Assembly (NCBI GenBank): GCA_965279515.1
Contig: CBDIID010000003.1
Location: 2,336,001 to 2,400,000 of the forward strand
Length of the DNA stretch: 64,000 nt
DNA from: Turneriella sp.
Lineage (GTDB): Bacteria; Spirochaetota; Leptospiria; Turneriellales; Turneriellaceae
Direction: 5' to 3'
A program made the position numbers and the translations under genes. This document shows positions 1 through 9,026 of the stretch, piece by piece; the stretch's first letter is position 1; every line of letters begins with the position of its first letter. The notes below the pieces were generated by a model, which ran no database searches, had not been told where the DNA came from, and saw nothing but the letters and a program-made list of their open reading frames with translations.

Positions 1-479
1 CAAATCGTGTAGAGGTTGATAAGGTCAGCGCCGCTCATGGGATAAATCGCCGGGCGGTCTTCGCGGCAGACGATACCGTTAGGGTTACGGTAGAGCGTTG
101 ACTCGCGCCATTCGCTCACCGGTGTGATGCTGTGCGTGCGCGTTTTTTCCCAAAACACGGCCATGCGATTGCGGTGCTCGGCATACTCGGGGCCTTGCGT
201 GAACGGAGCCAGTTTTGAATCAGACGGAATGTCGAAACCGCCGAGATAGCGCGCCATATCATCGAAATAATAACCGCTGGGACCATCCATCTTCGCGCCA
301 CCCGCGCGGCCTGTCTTCTCGTCGACAACTTTGCCGCTCTGGCAAAAGGCAAGGAACAAAACCAGAAAACCCCACCCCGGCCTACGGCCACCCCTCCCCA
401 CTAACGTGGAGAGGGGACTCAGTATTCCCCCTCTCCATGTCAATGGGGAGGGGGCTAGGGGGTGGGGCGTATTATTCAT
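1..479 (-). CDS. Putative lipoprotein, 3'-truncated by the window edge; N-terminus contains an in-frame palindromic element
   Basis: Not in the ORF track. Manual translation from ATG 479 (1 nt after the prfB stop) gives MNNTPHPLAPSPLTWRGGILSPLSTLVGRGGRRPGWGFLVLFLAFCQSGKVVDEK...AIYPMSGADLINLYTI, open to base 1. A hydrophobic stretch is followed by a LAFC lipobox. Confidence 0.75.
   Translation of the reverse strand, partial: MNNTPHPLAPSPLTWRGGILSPLSTLVGRGGRRPGWGFLVLFLAFCQSGKVVDEKTGRAGGAKMDGPSGYYFDDMARYLGGFDIPSDSKLAPFTQGPEYAEHRNRMAVFWEKTRTHSITPVSEWRESTLYRNPNGIVCREDRPAIYPMSGADLINLYTI
368..467. repeat. Palindromic element family 1 (CCCCACCCC...CCCTCCCC-loop-GGAGAGGGG), two inverted units
   Basis: ccccaccccggcctacggccacccctccccactaacgtggagagggg ... 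cccctctccatgtcaatggggagggggctagggggtgggg. Related copies lie at 32197, 35167, 58245 and 59434. Confidence 0.85.
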
Positions 480-480
480 A

Positions 481-1599
481 TTAATTCTTCTTCAACTGCC
501 TCAGGTAAGCGTCGATGAACGGGCCGAAATCGCCGTCCATCACGTTCTGCACCTGCGCGGTCTCGTGACCCGTACGCGCGTCTTTCACCATGCTATAGGG
601 ATGGAATACATAACTGCGGATCTGGTTGCCCCACGAAATATCTTTGCGCTCACCCGAACGCGATTCGATCTCGGCCTCTTTTTCGGCGCGCGCAAGTTCA
701 TAGAGGCGCGCCTTGAGCATCTTCATACAGGTTAGACGGTTCTGAATCTGGCTGCGCTGTGTCTGCGAAGAAACCACGACACCCGTCGGCAGGTGTGTCA
801 TGCGCACGGCCGACTCGGTCTTGTTGACGTGCTGGCCGCCGGCGCCTGAGGCACGGTAGACGTCGATGCGCAGGTCTTTATCCAGAATTTCAATATTCAC
901 TTCATCGGAAATTTCCGGCGAAACGTGAACGGCGGCAAATGAAGTATGGCGGCGCTTGTTGGAGTCAAAGGGAGAAATACGCACAAGCCGATGGATGCCG
1001 TTTTCGGCCTTCAGGTAGCCATAGGCATTGGGGCCCTTGATATAGAGCGTGACGTTTTTAATCCCCGCTTCTTCGCCTTCCTGGTAGTCGACGAGCTCGA
1101 CCTCAAAGCCCTGCTTCTCGCCATAGCGCGAATACGCGCGGAAGAGCATGTCGGCCCAGTCCTGCGATTCAGTGCCGCCGGCGCCGGGATGGATATTGAG
1201 GAAGGCATTGTTCATGTCGTCGGGGCCGTTCAGCAGGCTCTCGAGGTCGAGTTTGTCGAACTCGACGCGTGCGGCGTTGAGGCGGTTTATGAGTTCACCC
1301 GAGAGATTCTCGGCGTTTTCCATTTCGGCGATCTCGGCGTATTCAAAGGCATCGGCCATTTCGGCCTTGAGCGCATTCCATGCGCTGATCTTCTTGTCGA
1401 GAATCGAAATACGGGTTTGCAGATCGCGCACATAGCCGACCTTGCTATCGTCAGCGAAGAGCCTGGGATCTTCCATCTTCTGCCGCAGGTCGGCAAGCTC
1501 AGATTCGACGTCTTCGAGGTGCAGCTCTTTATAACGCGCCTCGATGCGGTCTTTGAGCGTCGAAAGCTCGCCTTTTACCTCTTTTAGGGACAGCGCCAC
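481..1599 (-). CDS. prfB: Peptide chain release factor 2
   Basis: SPF recognition motif (RISPFD), GGQ motif (GAGGQHVN) and WGNQIRSYV. Likely start is GTG 1599 ([10 protein letters not shown]); the ORF-track extension to 1710 overlaps vapC. Confidence 0.97.
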   Translation of the reverse strand: MALSLKEVKGELSTLKDRIEARYKELHLEDVESELADLRQKMEDPRLFADDSKVGYVRDLQTRISILDKKISAWNALKAEMADAFEYAEIAEMENAENLSGELINRLNAARVEFDKLDLESLLNGPDDMNNAFLNIHPGAGGTESQDWADMLFRAYSRYGEKQGFEVELVDYQEGEEAGIKNVTLYIKGPNAYGYLKAENGIHRLVRISPFDSNKRRHTSFAAVHVSPEISDEVNIEILDKDLRIDVYRASGAGGQHVNKTESAVRMTHLPTGVVVSSQTQRSQIQNRLTCMKMLKARLYELARAEKEAEIESRSGERKDISWGNQIRSYVFHPYSMVKDARTGHETAQVQNVMDGDFGPFIDAYLRQLKKN

Positions 1600-1637
1600 G
1601 GGGTGAAATTGCCCTTTAAGACAGGGCGAAAAGCCCT

Positions 1638-2000
1638 TTACCGGTACGGAATCCGCACCGAGGGGTGGCCGGCATCGAAGTCGCGGGTGTTGCGCGTCAC
1701 GAGCTGGCATTCGTTGTGCAGGGCGGTTGCCCAGATCAGGGCATCGGGTATGCGCAGTTTGTGCTTCTGCCTAAGCCTCACCGTGAAATCCGCAATTTCT
1801 GTCGAAATATCGCAGAGTTCAAAATGCCTCAAAAACTTGCGGAGCTCCCCTTCATCAGTTTTATCTTTTGCACCGACGAGAATCTCGATATGTGTAACGA
1901 GGCTAATCAGCCGCTTGTCGTAGAGCTCCAACTCCTTTTTCGCACGTTTATCCTGTTTCAGAAAATCGATCAGGATATTCGTATCAAACACGGCTTTCAA
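1638..2000 (-). CDS. vapC: PIN-domain VapC toxin
   Basis: 120 aa; FDTNILID, IEIL, IPDALIWATA and LVTRNTRDF acidic PIN motifs. Confidence 0.92.
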   Translation of the reverse strand: MKAVFDTNILIDFLKQDKRAKKELELYDKRLISLVTHIEILVGAKDKTDEGELRKFLRHFELCDISTEIADFTVRLRQKHKLRIPDALIWATALHNECQLVTRNTRDFDAGHPSVRIPYR

Positions 2001-2012
2001 AACAACACCCCG

Positions 2013-2231
2013 CTACCACTCGTCGCGCAGCTTGTCGACATAAGCGAGGGTCTCGATCTTTCGACCCTTCCAGTAGCCAAAGTGTGCGGTCATCGGCGCG
2101 GCTGGCAGCATATGCGCAGCGTAGTAGTCGATAGCACGGCGTATCGCTTCGGCGCGTGAAATACCGTCGCGAGCGCAGAGTTCTTTGAGGATATCCACCT
2201 GCGCGGGTTCAATTTCGAGGAGCGCCTTCAT
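2013..2231 (-). CDS. CopG/ribbon-helix-helix antitoxin (VapB-like)
   Basis: MKALLEIEPAQVDILKELCARDGISRAEAIRRAIDYY is an RHH pattern; directly upstream of vapC. Confidence 0.85.
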   Translation of the reverse strand: MKALLEIEPAQVDILKELCARDGISRAEAIRRAIDYYAAHMLPAAPMTAHFGYWKGRKIETLAYVDKLRDEW

Positions 2232-2328
2232 GTATATAGTATATATATATCTAATATATATGGCCACATTTTGGATCTTTTATCATGGTATAACGTTGCC
2301 CGGTTATCTCTTTCTGAAAGCATGCAAT

Positions 2329-3102
2329 ATGCCCCTCGTCGAAGGCAAACTGATCGGTAAATACCGTCGGCTATTGATACCTTTCACGGGCCTTAAGACG
2401 GAGGCAGCGATTATTGCACCGAGGCTCAGACCAAACACAGGCGCGGTTTCCGAAGCCGAACTCGCGACGCAGTTCATCCGCATATTTTCGGAACACCGTA
2501 CCGGCAAAAGGTGGCCGCAAATTCCGGGCATGCCTGGCATGATCGCAGCCATTCTAAGCGACTGGCTTTCCGGTAAGGTCCACTTACGCCTGGCACAAAA
2601 CCCCGTCTCTGCTGAGGCGATGCTGCACGCACAGGCCGAAGGCTGGCGTTATGTGACGATAAGTTTTGCCGCCGCCCTTGCCGGCGAGCCGATCGAAGGC
2701 GACCGCGATGCGTTCGAGTTTGCGCTGCACGACCTCGGCCATGCCTATGCATTCTTTAAGGCGGATTACCAGCCGCAAGGGCAGGTGGCGTTTTTTAAGG
2801 AATTACTCACCGACCTCGATACCCTCGCGCCCTATGCCGAAAGCGATGTGAAATTTTCCGGCGATCTTGAATATTGTATGGCAGACATGAATTCGCACCC
2901 GCAGCATTTGGCTGAATACCTGCGCGGCGTGATCGTCGAAATGTTTCTGCGGCGGCGTGCGCAGACCGGCGAGAGCGAGCAGCACAACGAGGCAGAGCTC
3001 GATGTCCTGCTCACCCGGCTTTCTTGCCTGAAAGGCCTGCAGGCGAGAACAGAATCAGCGCGGCGGAACTTCCCTCACCTCGACCGCACCGCCATGGTCT
3101 AA
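2329..3102 (+). CDS. Hypothetical protein with a possible metal-binding HDLGH motif
   Basis: Long ORF, probable start ATG 2329 (MPLVEGK); RDAFEFALHDLGH and DMNSHPQHL motifs. Confidence 0.7.
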   Translation: MPLVEGKLIGKYRRLLIPFTGLKTEAAIIAPRLRPNTGAVSEAELATQFIRIFSEHRTGKRWPQIPGMPGMIAAILSDWLSGKVHLRLAQNPVSAEAMLHAQAEGWRYVTISFAAALAGEPIEGDRDAFEFALHDLGHAYAFFKADYQPQGQVAFFKELLTDLDTLAPYAESDVKFSGDLEYCMADMNSHPQHLAEYLRGVIVEMFLRRRAQTGESEQHNEAELDVLLTRLSCLKGLQARTESARRNFPHLDRTAMV

Positions 3103-3123
3103 GACCGGGAATCGCAGAAAATC

Positions 3124-3159
3124 TTGACGGTATTGCCTTTATACCTATTTTGTAGGTAT
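3124..3159 (+). promoter_or_regulatory. mazEF-type promoter with palindromic operator
   Basis: TTGACG at 3124; ATACCTA-TTTTG-TAGGTAT inverted repeat at 3141-3159 overlaps the ATG at 3158. Confidence 0.6.
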
Positions 3160-3385
3160 GAAAGTCAAGACATCTGTGACACTCGAAAAGGGAGTTCTCA
3201 AGGAAATCTCAGCCTTGCGCGGCGAAAAAAGCCGGTCTGAGTTTATCGAAGGTGCAGTCACAGAGCAAATAAAACGGATGCGCAAGCAGGCACGGGATCG
3301 ACGCGAGATTGATCTTATCAATAAGAATGCTACGACTTTGAACAAAGAAGCCGACGATGCACTTTCATACCAGATAGGCCTATGA
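3158..3385 (+). CDS. RHH antitoxin (MazE-like partner)
   Basis: MKVKTSVTL...SRSEFIEGAV RHH pattern; ATGA overlap with the toxin gene. Confidence 0.85.
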   Translation: MKVKTSVTLEKGVLKEISALRGEKSRSEFIEGAVTEQIKRMRKQARDRREIDLINKNATTLNKEADDALSYQIGL

Positions 3386-3711
3386 CACGCGGCGAAATCT
3401 ACCGCGTCAAAAAACCAGGCGGCAACGATCCTAAAAAATTCAGATTATTTGCCATCGTTTCGCGCGAAGCCCTGATTCAATCCAAATTCAGCACCGTGAT
3501 CTGTGCACCGATCTATTCTAATTTTACAGGCCTCGTAACCCAAGTACCCTTATCGGCAACAGATGGCATGCTTAAGGATTGTGCAATCCACTGCGACGAG
3601 CTCATGAGCTTGCCAAAAACTCTGCTGACGCAGTTCGTTGCGACACTTAATTCTGGTAAGATCGAAGAGCTGGATCATGCATTGGCTATCGCATTAGCCA
3701 TTGATCCATAG
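3382..3711 (+). CDS. mazF: PemK/MazF family endoribonuclease toxin
   Basis: MTRGEIYRV...KFRLFAIVS...VICAPIYS...CDELMSL...LDHALAIAL, a typical PemK layout. Confidence 0.9.
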   Translation: MTRGEIYRVKKPGGNDPKKFRLFAIVSREALIQSKFSTVICAPIYSNFTGLVTQVPLSATDGMLKDCAIHCDELMSLPKTLLTQFVATLNSGKIEELDHALAIALAIDP

Positions 3712-3719
3712 ATACGCCC

Positions 3720-4835
3720 ATGTCAGCATTCGATTTCTTTCTGCAACAAAGCATCTTCTTCGGCGGGGTGCTGTGTTTTGTCATCGTCGCGCGCAACTTT
3801 GCCGGCAGCAATGTTTCGCAGCGCACCTGGTGCGATGGTATTGTGTTTTTCTCTGGCGGCATACTGCTGCTCTATGCCTGGTTCAGCATGGTCGATATCT
3901 ATTTCGGCTACCGCCTGCTGAACCACCTCTACGTGCCCTTCATCTATTTTATGGGACCGGGTACATACCTGGGCTTTGTACTGACCGTCGACGCCGGGTT
4001 TGTACTGTCGCGCCGGCACGCGCTCTTTTTCGTTCCCGGCGCCCTGCTACTTGTGGCCATGCCCGTCGCCGCAGCAATCTATCCCCCTTTGGTCGCCCAT
4101 AAACCGTTGTCGTACTTCATGGGCCAGGGAGCGCAGGTGCTCGACTACGTATTCGTGGCGGGCTTTCTGCAAAACATCTTTTATTATGGACCGATCTTCA
4201 GACGCACCTCGCTGCTCTTTAACCTGCAGGCTTTGAAGACCCAACTCAGCGCGCGCATTCTCGTGGGTCTCTACGTCGTCACCACGGGCCTGACGGCGCT
4301 ACTGATCGCGGCTTTTCTCATGCGTAACATTTTCTGGCTCTATCTCGCCGCCGCGCTCACTGCTTTTCTCGCCACGGCGGTGCATATCTTCCGCCGCTTC
4401 AGCCCCGAGCTCTTCGAGCAAATTCAAGTCGCTATCGAAAAGAACAAAGTTTCGCGCCTGGAGGGCATCGATCTCAAAGCGCTGCATTTCGAACTCATCG
4501 AACTCATGACGAGCGAGAAGATCTATATGGACGAGCACCTCACGCTCGCCAAGCTCGCCGAAGAGCTCGATATCAAACCCCACCAGCTCTCGGAATTTCT
4601 CAATAAACACATGAAGATGAACTTCAACCGCTTCATCAATCACCTGCGCATTGAAAAGGCCGTGAAGCTGTTGCTCGAAAACCCCGAGGCGAATATTTTA
4701 GACGTGGCCTTCGAGTGCGGCTTCAATTCCAAGGCGGCGTTCAACGCCGCATTCAGTAACATCAAGGGCCTGCCGCCTGGGCGTTATATAGCTAATAAAA
4801 GGGAAGAAATGGCCCTGCAAAGTCCAGAATCATAA
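3720..4835 (+). CDS. Membrane-anchored AraC family transcriptional regulator
   Basis: Multi-TM N-terminus; C-terminal LTLAKLAEEL..HQLSEFLN..FINHLRIEKA..LDVAFECGFNSKAAFN. Confidence 0.93.
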   Translation: MSAFDFFLQQSIFFGGVLCFVIVARNFAGSNVSQRTWCDGIVFFSGGILLLYAWFSMVDIYFGYRLLNHLYVPFIYFMGPGTYLGFVLTVDAGFVLSRRHALFFVPGALLLVAMPVAAAIYPPLVAHKPLSYFMGQGAQVLDYVFVAGFLQNIFYYGPIFRRTSLLFNLQALKTQLSARILVGLYVVTTGLTALLIAAFLMRNIFWLYLAAALTAFLATAVHIFRRFSPELFEQIQVAIEKNKVSRLEGIDLKALHFELIELMTSEKIYMDEHLTLAKLAEELDIKPHQLSEFLNKHMKMNFNRFINHLRIEKAVKLLLENPEANILDVAFECGFNSKAAFNAAFSNIKGLPPGRYIANKREEMALQSPES

Positions 4836-4878
4836 TTCAAGACCTTTACCTGCGTCCCAAATCATAATCCAAGGCGAC
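4822..4878 (+). promoter_or_regulatory. Tandem direct repeat, putative AraC binding sites
   Basis: gtccagaatcataattcaagac (4822) and gtcccaaatcataatccaaggc (4854), 32 bp apart, upstream of the hydrolase. Confidence 0.6.
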
Positions 4879-4980
4879 GAACGCCTTTTTTTCAGATAGA
4901 TTGCGCACTGTTGATCCCCGCAAATAACACAGCGGGGGTTTTTAGGGAAATAAATTTGTGGGGGAGATTAGGGACAGACA

Positions 4981-6672
4981 GTGAAAAAAACTACCAATCT
5001 ATTGGGGATACTTACAGCGGCTGTGATTATGTCGCATTGCGGTACAAGCGGCGGCACTGGTTCAGAACCGGGTCCGACATCAGAAATTTCGGGGACAACC
5101 AAAGCGGCGATCAACATCGATCAGGTCGTACAGGACGCGTTCAACGCGCTGTCTGACGGCAGTTTCACCTTTAAAGCGGCGATCAGCATCACATCAGCCG
5201 ACGGCACCAAGATCGACGGCAATGTCATGGTACCCACAGGCGGCAATAGCGCGACGCGCTACCCGGCGATTGTGTTCGTCAACAGCTGGGCGCTAGACAA
5301 GATCGAATACCTCGCGCAGGCGGCGCAGTTCGCGAAAAAAGGCTATGTCGTGCTTACGTACAGCACACGCGGATTCGGCAATTCAGGCGGTGTCATCAAT
5401 GTCGCCGGCCCCAAAGATATGGAAGATCTGCGCGCGGCGCTCGATTGGCTGAAAACCAATACTCCGACCGACGCGGCCAATATTGGTATGGCGGGGATAT
5501 CCTATGGCGCTGGCATCTCTCTTCTGGGGCTCGCGCAAATGCCCGAGGTCAAGACCGCAGCGGCCATGAGCGGCTGGGGCAATCTCGAACAATCACTGTG
5601 GGCGGGAGAATCGCCGCAGCAGGTTTGGGGCACGATTCTGATCGCATCAGGTTACCTGATCGGTCACATGGACCCGATAATTTTGCAGATGTACCAGAAC
5701 CTCGTGAATTATAACAACGTCGGTGCCACGCAGGCCTGGGCTGCACCGCGCTCACCGGCGAACTATGCAGCACAGATCAATGCGGCGGGCAAACCCGTTT
5801 ACCTGAGCAATAATTTCCAGGACCTGCTCTTTAACCCGAACCAGATTCTGGATTTTTATGAGAGTCTCACCGTGCCCAAACGCATGGACCTCAACCAGGG
5901 TATTCACGCTTCAGCCGAAGCGACAGGACTTTTTGGCCTGCCAAACTTTACCTGGACACAGGTGCATGCCTGGTTCGACCATTACCTGAAAGGCGCGGCG
6001 AATGGTGTGACAAGCGGCCCGAAACTGACGATGGAATCAAAGTTCACCGGAACACGTACATCGTACAACTCGTGGCCTGCGTCGAACACGGTGAAGAAGA
6101 CCTGGTACCTGAAACCGCGTGGCCTCTTTAATGAAGGTTCGCTCTCGACTTCGACGAACACGTCTTCGACAACGAATGATTTTCTGTCGGGTCTCGATAC
6201 GACAGCCACGAGTGGCATCCCGCTCATTGCGCAACTTCTGGAGGCGCATGTCGATGTGCCGGTGACAAACTGGGTCAACAGCATTAGCCGCATCAACGGC
6301 GCGTGGTTTGAATCGGGAAATTTAAGCAGCACGCTGAAGATCCGCGGGCGCGTGAAGTTTAACGCACGGGTGATACCCTCGTCGTCGAAGGCGCAGCTTG
6401 TCGCCTATCTCTACGATACCGACGGCCTCAACTGGGGTAAGGTGATTACCTTCGGCAGCACGACATTCCATACCGCGACGCCGAATGTCGCGCAGAACAT
6501 GACAATCAACCTGAACGTTTCAGCGTACGAGGTTCCCGCGGGACACTCGTTGGTGCTGGCCGTCGACACCGAAGATCTGCAGTATGCGAAGCCGACCAAT
6601 TCGATCTACCAGGTGAAGCTGGGCTTCTCGTCGTCGCAGCAGCAGACGCTCGAAATCGACACGCTGCCGTAA
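4981..6672 (+). CDS. CocE/NonD family (peptidase S15-like) alpha/beta hydrolase lipoprotein
   Basis: Signal ending IMSH-C; TRGFGNSGG and GISYGAG nucleophile elbow; C-terminal jelly-roll domain. Confidence 0.88.
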   Translation: MKKTTNLLGILTAAVIMSHCGTSGGTGSEPGPTSEISGTTKAAINIDQVVQDAFNALSDGSFTFKAAISITSADGTKIDGNVMVPTGGNSATRYPAIVFVNSWALDKIEYLAQAAQFAKKGYVVLTYSTRGFGNSGGVINVAGPKDMEDLRAALDWLKTNTPTDAANIGMAGISYGAGISLLGLAQMPEVKTAAAMSGWGNLEQSLWAGESPQQVWGTILIASGYLIGHMDPIILQMYQNLVNYNNVGATQAWAAPRSPANYAAQINAAGKPVYLSNNFQDLLFNPNQILDFYESLTVPKRMDLNQGIHASAEATGLFGLPNFTWTQVHAWFDHYLKGAANGVTSGPKLTMESKFTGTRTSYNSWPASNTVKKTWYLKPRGLFNEGSLSTSTNTSSTTNDFLSGLDTTATSGIPLIAQLLEAHVDVPVTNWVNSISRINGAWFESGNLSSTLKIRGRVKFNARVIPSSSKAQLVAYLYDTDGLNWGKVITFGSTTFHTATPNVAQNMTINLNVSAYEVPAGHSLVLAVDTEDLQYAKPTNSIYQVKLGFSSSQQQTLEIDTLP

Positions 6673-6673
6673 G

Positions 6674-7261
6674 TCAGCTTTGTGCAGGGTCAGGCATCCA
6701 CTTGGGTTCTGACCTCGGCCGAAAATCCCGCATCTGTTGCAATAGTAGATGCGGGTCATCACTGCTCAATACGATGTCCCGGTGCCCTGGGCGGATAAAC
6801 CCCTCGGCGACACCCTGTTCGACCAGATCGAGCAAACTGTCGTAATAAGCGGCAATATTCAGAATGCCTGCAGGCTTCGCATGAAGCCCCAGCTGCGACC
6901 AGGTCACTATTTCGAAAAATTCTTCAAACGTACCAAAGCCGCCAGGCAAGGCGATAAAACCGTCCGAAAGTTCGGCCATGAGTGCCTTACGCTCATGCAT
7001 CGAAGGCACAACACGCAGGTCGCCGAGGCCCTTGTGCGCGACTTCTTTAGCCACGAGGTGTTCGGGAATGACACCGATTACCTCGCCGCCTGCCGTAATC
7101 GCCGCATCGGCAACCGCGCCCATGAGCCCCACTGAGGCGCCGCCATAGACAAGGCCGATTTTTTCAGCGGCCAAGAGCCGGCCGAGCAACTGCGCCACCT
7201 GTCTATATTCGGGTTTTGTTCCCGGGCTCGAGCCGCAGAAAACACAAATACGTTTTATCAT
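6674..7261 (-). CDS. LOG family (TIGR00730) nucleotide phosphoribohydrolase
   Basis: ICVFCGSS, LVYGGASVGLMG, MHERKALM and PGGFGTFEE. Confidence 0.95.
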   Translation of the reverse strand: MIKRICVFCGSSPGTKPEYRQVAQLLGRLLAAEKIGLVYGGASVGLMGAVADAAITAGGEVIGVIPEHLVAKEVAHKGLGDLRVVPSMHERKALMAELSDGFIALPGGFGTFEEFFEIVTWSQLGLHAKPAGILNIAAYYDSLLDLVEQGVAEGFIRPGHRDIVLSSDDPHLLLQQMRDFRPRSEPKWMPDPAQS

Positions 7262-7893
7262 AACTTTCGCTCCGCACCCACCGGCAAATCGCTGATGCGC
7301 CGCATCTCGTCGCTGTGCAAGAGGTTCGGATCGCCGAGGTATGCGAGTAGCATACCCAAACTGTCCGAACCCCAGAACAGGTTGCCGTCCGCCACAAATG
7401 TCGGCACACCAAAAACACCGGCGGCGATTGCGGCCTCACCATTGCGAATCAGCTGCTCTTTGACAACTTTGTTTTCAACTAAAGCGTCGATATCGGCGAC
7501 TCCGAGATCTTTGCCGAGTTTTTTCAGCGCAGCCGGGTCTGCAACGTCGCCGCCCCTGCCCCAGATAAAATCGAAAATCTTTTGTATCGCATCATGGTTT
7601 GAGCCGAGCGCAACGGCAAGGCGCAATAGCTTCACGGGGTTAAAAGGATGCGCGGGTGGAAATTGCAGGGGAATACCCAGTTGTGCTGCCTGCCATTGTA
7701 TGAACCGGTAAGTAAATTTCCGCTTTTCAGGAATTTCCGCCGGGCCTTTATGCGCCCAATGCTTGAGCAGCCCGGCAAAGAGCACAGGTTTAAATTCAAT
7801 TTCAATCCCCGACGGCAGCTGATCAAGTTGTTTGAACAACAGATACGCAAAGGGCGAGATAAAATCAAAATAGAGCGTCGCGTGGCGTTTCAT
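7258..7893 (-). CDS. DsbA-like 2-hydroxychromene-2-carboxylate isomerase / kappa GST family
   Basis: YFDFISPFAYL and GVFGVPTF..FWGSD. Confidence 0.92.
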   Translation of the reverse strand: MKRHATLYFDFISPFAYLLFKQLDQLPSGIEIEFKPVLFAGLLKHWAHKGPAEIPEKRKFTYRFIQWQAAQLGIPLQFPPAHPFNPVKLLRLAVALGSNHDAIQKIFDFIWGRGGDVADPAALKKLGKDLGVADIDALVENKVVKEQLIRNGEAAIAAGVFGVPTFVADGNLFWGSDSLGMLLAYLGDPNLLHSDEMRRISDLPVGAERKL

Positions 7894-8750
7894 AATTGTA
7901 CGCTTCCCCCGATGCAGGTGACGGAGTTGCCCCCGATCCAGATATCAGAGCCGTCTTGCCTGACATGCACCCGCCCTGCGCGGCCGAGCATCGTGCCCTG
8001 GCTGGCAATGTATTCGTGCGGTGCTAAACCCGCACCGATCAGCCACTGCGCAACACCGGCGTTCAGCGAACCCGTTACCGGGTCTTCGGCCATACCTGAC
8101 TTCACGGGAAAAAATGCGCGGAGCTCAAACTGTGCCTCGCCGTCTGCATGTGAACCGACCACACCCACCTTGCCGCGCGGGCCGACGACGCCGACATCAA
8201 GCCCTGCAAGAATCTGTGCATCGGGTTTTAAAGCCAACACCTGATCGGCCGAGGCAAGCATGACACCGCGCCAGTTGGGTCCGTTATCGCACCAGGAATG
8301 GTGAATGATATCTTTGCGGGCGACACCGAGGCCGCGCGCAATGAGTTCGACATCGGCTTCAGGCAGTGGTCCGCTCTTCTTCAAGGGCGGTGCGGCAAAG
8401 GCGAGGCGATTTCCATCGCGGCGGATCTTTACAAGCCCGACGCCGCATTCCTGTACAATAAATTTAGCTTTAGGTTTGCCGCCCGCCTCGAGCCAGGCAT
8501 GGCATGTGCCGAGTGTCGGGTGTCCCGCGAACGGCAGTTCGCGGCCGGGGCAAAAGATGCGCACCTTGTAGTCGGCGGATGGATCTTCGGGCGGCAAAAG
8601 AAACGTCGCTTCTGAAAGATTGGTCCAGTCTGTGAAAACTTGCATTTCCGCCGGGGTTAATCCCACCCCATCTAAAACCACCGCCAAAGGATTGCCGCGG
8701 TAGGCTACTTGCGTAAAGACATCGATTTGTTTAAAGGGTCGGTTGGTCAT
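7890..8750 (-). CDS. PhzF family epimerase/isomerase
   Basis: IDVFT..GNPLAVV, NLSEATF, ELPFAGHPTLG and EDPVTGS. Confidence 0.95.
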   Translation of the reverse strand: MTNRPFKQIDVFTQVAYRGNPLAVVLDGVGLTPAEMQVFTDWTNLSEATFLLPPEDPSADYKVRIFCPGRELPFAGHPTLGTCHAWLEAGGKPKAKFIVQECGVGLVKIRRDGNRLAFAAPPLKKSGPLPEADVELIARGLGVARKDIIHHSWCDNGPNWRGVMLASADQVLALKPDAQILAGLDVGVVGPRGKVGVVGSHADGEAQFELRAFFPVKSGMAEDPVTGSLNAGVAQWLIGAGLAPHEYIASQGTMLGRAGRVHVRQDGSDIWIGGNSVTCIGGSVQL

Positions 8751-8824
8751 GACCTACAGGCCGCAGCTGCCCGACACGCCGGCAATTCGATTGCCAGGCG
8801 CGCCCCAACCAGCGAAGCGCAACC

Positions 8825-8995
8825 ATGAAACTGAGTCAGGGACAGGACAAGCAGAGTTTTTCCGCAACGGAAATGAACTTCGGTGAATTGAAAACCATCC
8901 GCGATGCATTGAAGGCTTTCGCCAAAGGCGGATCGGCGCAGGCGGCGAAGCTGGCCGCCGAGATTGAGACGGCGCTGGATAGCATGCAGGTCTAG
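8825..8995 (+). CDS. Small hypothetical protein (56 aa)
   Basis: Manual translation: MKLSQGQDKQSFSATEMNFGELKTIRDALKAFAKGGSAQAAKLAAEIETALDSMQV. It fills the intergenic gap and has an amphipathic helical composition. Confidence 0.6.
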   Translation: MKLSQGQDKQSFSATEMNFGELKTIRDALKAFAKGGSAQAAKLAAEIETALDSMQV

Positions 8996-9026
8996 CGGCG
9001 TTTGCCGCCAAACCTGCTATCGGTGC

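Noticed and set aside
1600..1710. N-terminal extension of the prfB ORF
   Set aside because: Overlaps vapC and is not RF2-like; GTG 1599 gives a normal length.
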